From positions 55,924,001 to 55,988,000 of the forward strand of contig NC_083234.1 of NCBI RefSeq assembly GCF_032191835.1: a stretch of 64,000 nt of DNA, written 5' to 3'. Shown in pieces: positions 26,901 through 38,900 of this stretch. This DNA is from Heteronotia binoei. Taxonomy: Eukaryota. Positions within the stretch are counted from its first letter, which is position 1; each line of letters starts with the position of its first letter. The position numbers and the translations under genes were made by a program. The notes beneath the pieces were generated by a model. It worked only from the letters and a program-made list of their open reading frames with translations. It did not search any database and was not told where the DNA came from.

Positions 26901-29900
26901 CGAGGCCCCACCAACGGCAATCAGAAACAAGACTGGGTCAAGCAGGAAATTGGCAGACACAAAGTTGGGCATAAACTGCATCTGAGAGGACAGTGGCATT
27001 CAATGCTGGAATTTCATACGATTCATTACAAGAATATAGTGGTAGATACTCAGTGGTAGAGAACCTGTTTGGTACACTGGGAGGTTCCCAGTTCAGTCCC
27101 TGGAATCTCCAGTTAAAAGGATCTCAGGGACACTCCCTGGCATCTCTAATTAAAAAGATCTCAAGAAGCAAGTGCCTTGCGGGGGTGAAAAACCTCTCTC
27201 TCATGAGAACCTGGAGAGATGCTATTTGGAGAGGCTGAAGCTCAGAGCCAGAGCACTTGCTTGACATGCAGAAAATCCCTGTTCCATCTTTGACATCTTG
27301 ACTTAAAATGAGGCCACAGCAAGACCCGCTGTCCGAAACAACAGAAAGCTACTGGCTATCAGAATAGACAAAATTGAATTAGAAGACCCCAATAATGAAG
27401 TTTTAGCTTCTTTTTGCTGGTAGAATGCTAATTTTTTGAAGCCACAAATTACGTGCACAGCTGTACACAGTTGAGAAAGCAGTGAGTTCTTGAACAAGTT
27501 TCTTAGCAAGACTGCTCCTTCATCTTATTTGTCACACTCACGTAGAAAAAGGTGATGATGGAAGCACACTGATGTAGGACTTCTCAGCAGAGGATCTGGA
27601 ATGACAAGAAACCAATTTCAAGGGCTGCAGCAGCAAGGCCCCAACAGCCATCAGAAGCAAGACTGGGTCAAGCAGGAAATTGGCAGACACAGAGTTGGGC
27701 ATAACCATGCACAAGAAGACCCCAGGATGTTGACGCTGGAATGTCATTGGATTAATTACATGCTTTTGCTTTCTCACTTGCTGCTTTTGTGTTCACAACT
27801 CCTGCCAACTGTTTTACAACCACTGTAACCGTTTTATCATGGGGTGATGATTTTCAGCCTCATTTTAATGATATTCTTTGACTTAATTTGAATTCATCAT
27901 AATTTTTGGCAGGTCTCATTGCTACTGAAGTTTGGAAAATGCACCTAGAATTTTTATGATGGAATACACAATATAAATTATCTGAAATAAGTACACATAC
28001 TACATTTTATTTATCCTTCTAAGAAAGTCTCCTAAGCATACAAACAAAACTTCACACACCAGACAAGTTGGGAGGAGACAGATGTTCCGCATCTCCACCG
28101 ATGCTGAAAACCCTGTTTTCATAAATGTCTCCATCTAATGCCATCTCTTAGGACTCTAACTAGTCATTTCTACTTCTAAGATAAGCCCCCAAAATATCCT
28201 ATGGGTCATTATATACTGTCAAGAAATTTCTCTCCCTCCCTCCCCACCATGTCTTACGTCTGGACTTGATGAACCCCTCCAGAGGTATCGAACTCATTTG
28301 TTATGAGGGCCAGATCTGACACAAATGGGATTTTGTAGGGCCGGGCAACATATGTTAAAAATGTAATGTGAGATAGCAGTAATATAAACTTTATAAAGGA
28401 CTCGATAAACACATTTAAAGATGTTATTTTTAAACTTAAAATACAAATGTGTTTAAAACTCTTGTAATATTTTGTTTAAAATGAAAAGGTGGGGGGAATA
28501 GTGGGATCCAGCAATGCAATTTTTAAAACAAAATGTCAAGAAAAAGCACAAGGATCACAGCAGAAACTAAAAATATAAAATGCTCTGAGCCTGGGAAAAC
28601 AATGAAATGGCATTGCAAGCTTCTCTCTACCCCCCCACCCCCCGGGTATACTCAGATTGGCAATGGACCTCCAATGTAATATCCTCTTTTGACTGTGGAT
28701 TCCCAGGTTAGAGTACTCATTAGGTCAGGTCCATTGAGCAGAGACAAGCTGGGTCAAAGCATCAGCCCTTTATTTGCAAGGATACAACTCCAGGAAGCAT
28801 GAGCATCAGCTGGCTATGCCCCCACCTTTCCATTTTCAACCAAATATTTCAAGAGTTTTAAGCATTATTTCATTTTATGTTAAAAATAATATCTTCAATT
28901 GTGTTTGCCTGTGTCCTTTATAAAGTGTATATCTCTGCTCCCTCCCATTACATTTTATGGCACGCGTGGCCCAGCCCCATAAAGTTCCATTTGTGTCAGA
29001 CTTGGCCCTCCTAACAAATGAGTTCGACACCCCTGTCCTAATGCAAGCAGTTGGTGGCACTGTGCCAGAGGAGAAGCGACAGAGAAACCCCTCCAAGGGT
29101 TGGATGAGCAGCACTTCTTCATACGGAGACGAAGGATGGTTGCTGGGTGCCTAAACGCTTTAGAAAGCTGAAAGGAGTTGCTCTTCTGGGTCAACAGAAC
29201 CACTCCACCACACATGCAATCAATAAATAAAATAGGAAGCACAAAAGGTTTCTTTGTGACGGGCAACTGGTAAAGTCTGAAGTGAGATGAGAATGACTGT
29301 TGATCTTTCAAAGCCTTGCTGTAGAAACTCCGGCGACATATTAAGTGGCTAGACATGCTTTTCTGTGTTAGGCTGCCAGCACACAGCTGCCAAGAGACTG
29401 ATCATTAAGGCTATGTTGCCTGGCCTGCTACCCTCTCTAAGCCAGCTATTATTTAGTTTTTCATTGCTGTCTTGACAACATGCTGAACATGTTATTTCAA
29501 TAACTGGAAATTTCAAAGACTCTGATGCCTGGGTTGCAATAGCGTCAAGTCATTCCATCCTAATTTTACTACTTATATTCCAAATAGGCAAAATAGAAAC
29601 CACTTTCTCTCACTAATAATAATAATTATTGTATGGCAGTCTGTGTAGCACAGCCAGGAGATCCTACGATTGTCTGGCAGTCGGAAGTTCTAGCTTTTAG
29701 TGTTATGTACCACTAAGTGGCGAGCTAGACTTGTTTTTATGGCAAGAGATGTTTCAGAGGTGGTTTGCCTATGCATCCTGGCCCTGGTATTCCTTGGAGG
29801 TCACCCACCCAAATACTAGCCAGGACTGACCCTGTTTAGCTTCTGAGATCTGATGCAACTGGGGTAGCCTGGGCTATCCAGGTCAGGGCACATTCTCCCA

Positions 29901-32900
29901 CTCATATCCAAGGAGGGAATCAATGCAACTTAGAGCACCTGCTTTGCATGCAGAAGACCCCAGCTTCAGTCCTTGGCCACTCCAAGCGAATGGATCTCTG
30001 GCAGAGCATGTTGGAGAAGACTGTTCTTTGCCTGAGATCCTAGAGAGTCACTGCCAGCCAGAGAAGGAGTACTGAGCCAGAGAAGGAATACTAAGGGGAG
30101 GGATGGCAGCTCAGTGGTAGAGCATCTGCTTGGTAAGCAGAAGGTCCCAGGTTCAATCCCCAGCATCTCCAACTAAAAAAGGCAAGTAGGTGTAAAAAAC
30201 CTCAGCTGGAGACAAAACACATGATCCATCTGCCTTTTGGCAGGGAAATGTAGCACATAAAGATACAGCAACAATTCCAAAAGTATTATGCCCCCAAATT
30301 CACCCAGCACCTTAATGTTCTTTCAAGCTGCGGCGAAGTTTCCTTGATGTCCCACTCCCTCCACCACCCTCATGCAGCAGTGGGCAGCAAAAGAACCATC
30401 CTCTTGCTATTTCAACTTACTTGGCTGCTTCCCCTGCTCCATCAGAACTTGGATATTTGGTCTCTGAGCGGCGTCTGAAATCACAGAAAGCACATTTCAC
30501 TGCCACGTTGCCAAATGCAATAAACACTTCTCCATGCAACTCTTGCTACTACTGAGAAAGCAGAGGGCACTTGCAGAGGGCACCAAAAATCCATGGAGTT
30601 TCCCTTGCATTTTCCTTATGTTGCCTGCCACCTCAGCCATTTTCTCTCTCCACTATCATAGGGTATTTTCTTTTTGAACTGGGCAGAGATCTACTTTTTT
30701 TTTTTTTTTACAAAAATGAAAGCTGGGGATTCAGAGGTACTGCAGACCATGGCTAACTGTGCTGCAATAATCTTGCAAATGTTAACTTTTAAAACAGCCA
30801 CGAAAAAGTTGCCTGGTGTGCATATGTGAGTGTGGAGGGGGAATGCCAGCCATGGGGGGCAGAGGAAAGGAAAATGGTGCTTCAAAAATATGCACATTCC
30901 TATCCACCTAGCATGAAAAGGCACTACCTGCAGTCTCTCCAAAAAGTTCCTTATCAGATCAGGTCAAGGGAAGACTACAGCAAAAAAACAATAAAACCAG
31001 GTTTTACCCTGAATACACAACCTCCATGTGGAAGCTACCAAATTATGCTTTTATGTCTGAGGCTAACACTATCTAACCAACGTGGTGCAGCGGTTCATTG
31101 ACAAGGATCCAGGCGATCCAGGAGACCCATGTTTGAATCCTGACTGCTACAGATTCTTGGGTGACCTTGGGCCAGTAAATGTCTCTCAACCTAACCTATC
31201 TCTTTAGGTTGCTGTGAGGATAAAACAGGAGAGAAGGACAAGCTTGTAAACCACTTTGGATCCCCACTGGGAGAAAAAACAGGGCATAAGTATCTAAAAT
31301 AAAAATAAATTCTATAATTCCAACTTGGCAGAAGGGAAAAGGGACAGTTAAAAAGGAGGCCTCTGTGTAATTGACAATAACTAAGTACCAACACAAGCAA
31401 TTGTTACTTGGAATACGATTCAGCATCCAGAGAATCCCAGCTTTCATTTAAAAGAGAAATGCATTTCTAGTCCTCACAATCATGAAAAAGAAGTTTAGAA
31501 GCACACAAGCAATGCTTTTTATAGTATCCAGAGTCAGAAGAAAAGGCAAAGGTGGGGGTTTCAGTGGATTAGATAGGTTCATGGAAGACTAGTCTATCAA
31601 TGGTTACTAGCCACAGTGACTGAGGAGAACCCCCACATTCAGAGACACTAATTGTCTGAATCCCAGAGCCAGGAAGCAACATCAGAGGAAGGCCTCTGCC
31701 TCTTTGCCCTATTGTTGGTTGGCCACTGTATGAGACAGGATCCTGGACTAGATGGGGCACTGGTCTGATTCAGCAGGGCTCTTATCTTCTTCTGCTTGTC
31801 TCCCTCATAATTAGCAAAACTAAGGGCATGCAAATCTACTTAATGAATAGAGGTCACTTTTCTGGATGTGGGAGAACCAGATCAAGGAAACAGAACAGCA
31901 TGGTCTCTAGACAACCCACAGCAACACCAATAGTGCAGACATTGTGTAATTTAAGGAGAGCAACTTGCTGGATCACGCTCACGGTCTGATTCAGCACAAG
32001 GCAGTATTCGGTTTTCGGTACTGACCAAAAGTCTGTCCCACTTCCATACCATCTAGTCTTTCCAGCTCACCTAGGACCAGGGTGCAGGTCTTTAGGATCC
32101 ACGTATGAACTCTCTGCAGCCCTAGAATGACAGAAGGGAGTCTTCAGTGTGGAACTCACAGAGAAGATGCAAAAGACCGTGTAAAACAGCTTACGATGTC
32201 CCATTTCCTTCTCTATCACTGTATAAACTATGCAGATTATTCAAGGCATAGGCTTGTAAAGAAGTTACAGACCAGCTCTGCTTAGGTTAGCCCTAAACTG
32301 TACAGAGTTTACCTCAATTACCAATCATATGGTTGAACAGAAGAAACCAACCAGAGCTAGCAATGCACTGGCCATTAGAGTCACTGGGAAAAGTCCTGGA
32401 GGGGGGCAATGGCCTGCGGACTGCCCCCTCACCAGAGCCAACCCTAGCCCAAGTGAGGGATGGCTCTCACCCTACATGGCACGAGTGGCAGCTGCCACAA
32501 ACTGGTGACCATAACAAAACCCCAAAAAGCAAAATTTACAAATAGAATATAAAACTGACCTATTATGTTTAAAGTCGCCTACATAAGAGGAAAAAGTTGG
32601 CATAAGAAAACCAAAGGCTGCCCAGCAGATGGGCAAAACTAAAACAGGAATTGGGAAGTTGGAGGTAGAAACAGCAAGGATAAGAAATTCAGAATGACCC
32701 CTAAATAGTATTAGGCAGTCCTTTTGATAACTCTGGTCCCAAGCCATAAATGACAGATTTCATAATCATAGACAATTTGAGCATACAATGTTCAGAAGCT
32801 TCTTTAACCTTTATAACCATGGGGTCAGTCAGATTAGAGAGAGCCAGTTTGGTGTAGTGGTTAAGTGCGTGGACTCTTATCTGGGAGAACTGGGTTTGAT

Positions 32901-35900
32901 TCCCCACTCCTCCATTTGCACCTGCTGGAATGGCCTTGGGTCAGACATAGCTCTCGCAAGAGTTGTCCTTGAAAGAGCAGCTGCTGGGAGAGTCCTCTCA
33001 GCCCCACCCGCCTCACAGGGTGTCTGTTGTGGGGGAAGAAGATATAGGAGATTGTAAGCTGCTCTGAGTCTCTGATTCAGAGAGAAGGGCGGGGTATAAA
33101 TCTGCAATTCTTCTTCTTCTATTACACCAAACAGGTGGGGTTTTTTTCTTGGAAATATGCAAGCAATGCTAGTTAAAGATCAGAAAGCAGTCAGGCTTAA
33201 TTTAACAGTTACAAAGTGGGCCTTCAGCATCCCATAAGGCAGATCTATATGTCTCCTGTAACATTATTTATAATAAATGAAATTACTTTGTTTAATTTAA
33301 TTGATGCCCATTGCAGAAATTCTCTTTTATTGGCTCAGAGTTTTGGTAAATTATTATTTTAAAAACCCTAACTGAAAACAGACCTTTCCTTAAAATACAA
33401 CTGCTACTGATTATAAGTAGGGAGGGTAGAACAACTTGCTACTCACTCCTTCATTGATTTGTATTTAGATGATCTTGGGGCCAAATACACAGGCTCTGGA
33501 CGGCGTCTGAAATCACAAAAAGCTGGTCTAAGTATCTTGCCTTAAACAGCCTCCTCTGAGGCCACCGTGTGGATGTCAAACCAGAACTGCTAAAAAAGGA
33601 TATTCAGTTGACTCCCAGAAGCTGGATTCCATAGATCCAATCCACTAATGGTGGCATTTTTCTCCAGTTCAGGGAGCCATCCCCTAGCACAAGAGGTGCC
33701 TGAGTTGGGAAGGCTTCTTGCCTCAAAGGAAAGTGTCACTGTTAGCAACATGAGAAACCATGAAATTCAGCCACACACTTTTGTGAGAACTTGGGCAAGA
33801 GACTATCAGAGGGTTTTTCTTGACTTCTTTTGCCCCAGGCTTGTAATAAAGTAGGCAATACTCTTGGGAATGCAACTTTGCTTTCTCTTTCCACCAGGGC
33901 TTTTCTTGTAGAAAAAGACCAGCAGTAACTCATTTGCATATTAGGCCACACCCCTGATGTTACCATTGTTTCACATGGGGCTTTTTGTAGAAAAAGCCCT
34001 GCAACAATCTAACTAACAACTGTAATAACTATCTACAACTAACTACAACCTACAAATATAAGAGAAAAAAAGTTCACCGACCGAAGCAGAAAGATCGACT
34101 GATCAGCGCGGCGGTCAGAAGAGAACTGGCGGGATGACCGCGCCTGTCGCAGTGAGCATGCGGGGTGGGGCTCCTGGGCATGCGCACTGGGGCGTCGGCG
34201 CGGAAATCCGCAGCTTTTGAGTTTACCGATCGAGATCGGCGCAGGCGCCTTACTCCCATCAGTGTGATGCACAAAGACCACGAAGAAGATCTGCATTCCT
34301 GCTCAAAAAAAGCCCTGCTTTCCACTAGGCAAGGACAGACAATCGCCAGGCAATGCCATCATCAGAGTTATATAGTATATCTAGTAGTAAAGTGGGTTGG
34401 CTCAGACCAAAGTGACAAAAATCAGATGGCCACAGACAAAATAAGGAATTCAATGTATTTGGGATATTCTCCGACAATGTAGAAAATATCACCTTGTAAA
34501 TTAGGCAAAAGGGAAAATAAATGCCCCAACACTGACTGAGTACACTTCAGAAGGCACAGAATGTTCAGAGAGCCAGTTAAGGGGGGGTGGGATAAATGGC
34601 TTGCTTGAGTCGCTGGGATACAGAATCCTGGAAGGGATAGGAGTTTCCAAACTGATTATTCCTCCCAGCCCTACCACTTGCCAGAAGCATTTTGCTTCTC
34701 CTAAGTAGCAAGCTTGATGGCGAAATGCCTAAAAAGCTGCCCACATAATCAGAGTATACAGAAATATACTCACTTTCAAATTCAAGGTGGAGGAAAGGGG
34801 TGGAAATACCGAAAATGACCAGAAGAGGACTGAGCATGCTCATTGCCCTCCAGTAGGCATGAATTATCAGCAGTAGTTGGGTATTGGAAAAGCTCCACCT
34901 ACTTGAGTTCCTAACAGCTTAAAGTATCCCAGAAGCAGAGATTTAAGCTGGGGGGAGATTTTCCTCTGTCCTCCCCCTCCACTCTCCCTCAATTTGTTTC
35001 ACAGATTTCATAAATATATGCATGACATTTCTCTAATGATTCCTGCCACTAGAGCACATGACAGATCATAGCCCACATAAACTCACAAGCCAAAGAGATC
35101 TGTTCAGATTGCATAATTTTGCAACAAGTTTTTTTATGGTGCAAAATTCAGAATATTCTTCATCTGAATTACAGAAATAAATTGCTCAGAAGTATACAAA
35201 CTGCTACTGGTTTGGCACATGCAATTTACGGGATTGGCAGGAGGGGCCTTGTTGGAGGAGCCATTGACTAGACTCTGCCATGAGGCTACTGTGAACTGTG
35301 CTCCCTGGTGCCACCAACCCCAGAGACTGGAAGTGCCAATGGCTTCATTCCTAGATACATTCTGGACCAGCACATTAGACCCTAGGAATCTCTGACATTA
35401 ACACAGATCAGTTTTTAGACTTCATGGTTGCAAAGAAAGACTAGAAAGTGCATGGACACTGCCTTCTGTAATCTCAGAAGTTAGAGAAGCAGCTTAGCAA
35501 GGTTCCTAGCAGTCATAATACGACTTCAGCTCTGCACCATGTGCTCACCCTTGCCATCGCTCTGGTGTGACCTTTTGCATAATTCAGATTGTGTAATTTT
35601 GCAAGAAGTTTTTTATGGTGCAAAATTCAGAGTATCATTAGTCTGAATTACAGAAATAAATTGTTCAGGATTATACAAACTGCTACTGGTTTGTCACATG
35701 CAACTTACGGGATCGGCGGGAGGGCCCTTGTTGGAGGAAGTGAGTCTTTTCTATCTTTTTTCTCCTTTTTGTCTTTTTTCCTTGGACACAAGACAAAGAG
35801 ACCCCTTGTTAATACAGCTCTGCAGTAATGGGCTACCAAACAGGATCTTGCTGCCCTGACATATCTCTAGGCCCAAGATCAATATGCTTACTGCTCTAAA

Positions 35901-38900
35901 AGGGCTCCAATGTACATGAACAAAACAGGTAGGCATCCACAATGGTGTTACCCCAAAAAGTTCTGAGTAAACCAACTAATTCCCTGATCTGCCATCGTAA
36001 GAAAGGGAAAGGGAGGTTGCTACTTCTTTCTGTATGACTATCACTTGCAGTGACCACTAGTGCCCAGTCCTAGGGGCACACGTGAGACCACAGATGAACA
36101 TAGGAAGAGCCCTGCTGGATCCGAGCGCAGGCCCCTCTACTCCAGCATCCTGTTGCCAACGATGGCCATCAAGAGACGTCCAGGATAGCTTTGAAGCTGC
36201 CTCATAGCAATGGTGTTCTGTTAAGCTCCCTTTGAACACAGAGGCTTCATTCTGTCATCATGGTCTAATAGTTGTCAACACACTTCCGTTTAAATTGGTT
36301 AATTCCACTGTTAAAGGACACAGCAGTGTACTGAAAAAAAAAAATGTTAGCAGCAGATACTGTGAGCAGCAGAGTTACAGGGCCCACAGTTCAACAGCAG
36401 AGCTAATGCCTTTCATTCAGAAGGTTCCAGATTGAATCCAGTACCTTGGGTACAAAACATGGTGGGGGGGAGATGGGCCAATGGCCTGATTCTACATAAA
36501 GCAGAGTTATATGTTCAAGAGATGCTGGCAAAAGAAGGGTATAGTTAGGGGGTCTCATCAGGAATAGCAAGACTTACAACAGGCTTCCCTCGCTGAAGAA
36601 CAGGAACATGAGCCATGACTGCACTGGGGACCAGGCCTGTAGCTGCGAGGGCGCCTGTGGGGACACAGCCCCCCCAACTTCTGGGTGAGGCCCCCTGACT
36701 TGGGGCCCCCAAACAGCCTCCAGGGCCTCTGCTGCATCCTGGAGCATAGGACAGGGGGCAGAAGCAGTCCCCAGCCTCCCCCTCCAGTTAAAAGAGCTGC
36801 GGGCCGATCAGCTGATCAGCGGGCCCTTTAACCCAGCACTGGATTCAACTGCTCCATAGCTATTGGTGCTCCTGACTTGGCTGGTGACGATGAGTCAGGG
36901 TGCACTAGGACCCAGTAGAGCAGACCCTACCAGCTGCCTGTTGTCATGGGCTGCAACTCTCTCTGGAGGTGGCAGGGATCCTCTATAAATTTTAGCAGCA
37001 TTTTTACATCTAAAAGCTTCCCCGCCACAAGTAAATGTTCCATCTGACTGCAAAACTTCCCCCTTCTAATGCATATCTGAAGCTCTTAATGTTCTTTGTA
37101 ATTCACAAGGTAAAACTCGCTCCCTCCCCCACACACGCAGGGGAAGAGCATTTCCTCTTTTAAGCCCTCCCCCACCTTCCTCGATCTCTCTAGCAGGCCA
37201 TTTATTTAGCTTCAGCTCCACAAGGCTGGTTCCTACCAAGAGAATGACTCAATGTATTTTTAAATAACAAGACACCCCGTATGTGTGTTCACTATAACTT
37301 GTGAACAGGACTTGTGTGTGTGCATGTGTGTTTGTGGTGGAAGGGGGGGGAGGGGGAAGGCTGGCAATATGCTTTCATTACAGTTATCCTGGATTTGGGT
37401 AGCAGAACTGTGATATATGGGCTTTAATTCATAGAGTTAACAACTTTGGCTGGTAAATTCCTGGATATTTTTGGTGGATCCTGAGGAAGGCAGGGAGCTC
37501 AGTGGCATGTAAAGTCAACATCCCTCCCCCCCCCCCCCCAAAAAAAAGCCATTCTGTACTGGGGAAATTATCTCTGTAGTCCAGAGAACATTTGTAATTC
37601 TGGGTGATCTCCAGGCCCCACCAGGAGGTTGGAAGCCCAATACCTTGGGAGTAAACCCACTGAATAAGAGGACTAAAGGTAGTTCTGCTTTCCATTGCTT
37701 CAGGTGACCATCCTGTAGTTTGCTTTAATTTTCACACACCCCCGCCCTCCCAACTTTGTTATTCCAAGGAAGTTTCCCATCCAAATACTTGCCAGAGCAA
37801 TTTCAAGTTTTTGAAAATTGGTTATTTGGGGGGGTGGGGGCAGTAGGGAGTTTGAGTGTTCTGGGAACAGAAACAGATTTGGGTGGGTAGCAACGCTGGT
37901 CTGAAGTAATAGAACAAAATAGAACAAAATTTGAGTCCGGTGGCTCCTTTAAGGCCAACAAAGTTTAATCCTGGCACCAGCCAGTGTGATGGTAGGTCAG
38001 GGTGGCCATGAGAGCAGCTATGGATTGGGGCCCTTGAGTGCCCCCCCAAAAATCAAAGGCCCCCTGACCTTCCAAATTCTGGATACGTGGCTGCTGGGGA
38101 CCCACTACAGGGATGGAGGTGGGGTGGCGGCTGATGTAGCAAAACACAGGGAAAAGGAAGGCCCCTGATTTTGAGGCCTCCAATGACTCACCATTGTTTG
38201 TTCATCAAGCGCAGGATGACAACTGCCACCAGCAGCAGAACCAATGTGGAGAAGAAACCCAAGAAGGCCAAGGAGCCTATGATAGCCACCAGCGTACTCT
38301 TGCTCAACACCTCAGGGCAAATGCATGTTGTTTGTGTTGCTATGAAAGAAAGGGGAAGGCCACATGAGAAATCATTCTCCTGAATTCCCAAGCCTTTCCT
38401 TCCAGCAGGGAAGCCAGTTAAAACTCTTCAAGATTTTAGTCACTAATTTCCTGTCTCCACATGACTCCCAGGCAACATAGAGCATTTACCCCCAAATCAA
38501 CTTGCTCTCCTCTTAGCCACATCTCACGCCCACCCCCAGAACCCCACCTACCTCACCTCCATAGTCAAACGACTGATTCTGGAAATGAAAGATGTCTTAC
38601 TTGGTAGTAAGGCCTGCCGGTTCCCAACTGACACCTCGCCGGAATCTTCAGGGTACTATGGGTGATAAAACTGAGTAAGTTCATGATCTTGTTTTGGTTC
38701 CAAGCAACACATCTCCATGGCCAAACATGAATGACCAGTTCAAACTCTGGCATAATTTATTTAAAACATTTAAATGCCATCTTTTCACTCAGTACAGGGT
38801 CAAAACATTAAAACAAATTTTAAAATACTTATCTATAAAATGACAAGAACAGTGTAACAAAACACAAACGTGTAGACACATACACTTAAAGATGAAGGAC

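Larger units (their letters stand above)
25200..27780. repeat. Tandem array of four diverged composite units (periods 507, 767, 733 bp), each carrying one 54-nt minus-strand exon plus decayed plus-strand Squam3-like SINE pieces
   Basis: Recurring blocks GGATCTGGAA(T/C)GACAAGAAACC, CTGCTCCTTCATCTTATTTGTCA and GACAATA(C/T)TGAGTTAGAAGA at four positions; 35-bp internal duplication at ~26594-26663; outer limits approximate. Confidence 0.9.

Noticed and set aside
26805-27777. ORFs 26805-26999 and 27538-27777 read as duplicated signal-peptide first exons (LLDPVLFLIAVGGASLL)
   Set aside because: The hydrophobic part is frameshifted or stopped in the other two repeat units, while only the last 54 nt behind a conserved acceptor stay intact in all four; the hydrophobic stretch is intronic.
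25200-27780. CRISPR-like or satellite interpretation of the array
   Set aside because: Eukaryotic locus; long diverged units with no short invariant repeat and unique spacer structure.
28040-28150. Minus-strand frame containing GDIYENR
   Set aside because: Purine-rich acceptors and phase 1 boundaries do not fit the phase-2 chain.
29214-29276. Possible extra 63-nt phase-2 exon (LYQLPVTKKPFVLPILFIDC)
   Set aside because: Good acceptor but weak donor (GTGTGG) and hydrophobic composition unlike the other tail exons; left out, though not excluded.
34577-34843. ORF with ESEYISVYSDYV
   Set aside because: A strong donor cuts before the tyrosines and no phase-compatible exon can be built.
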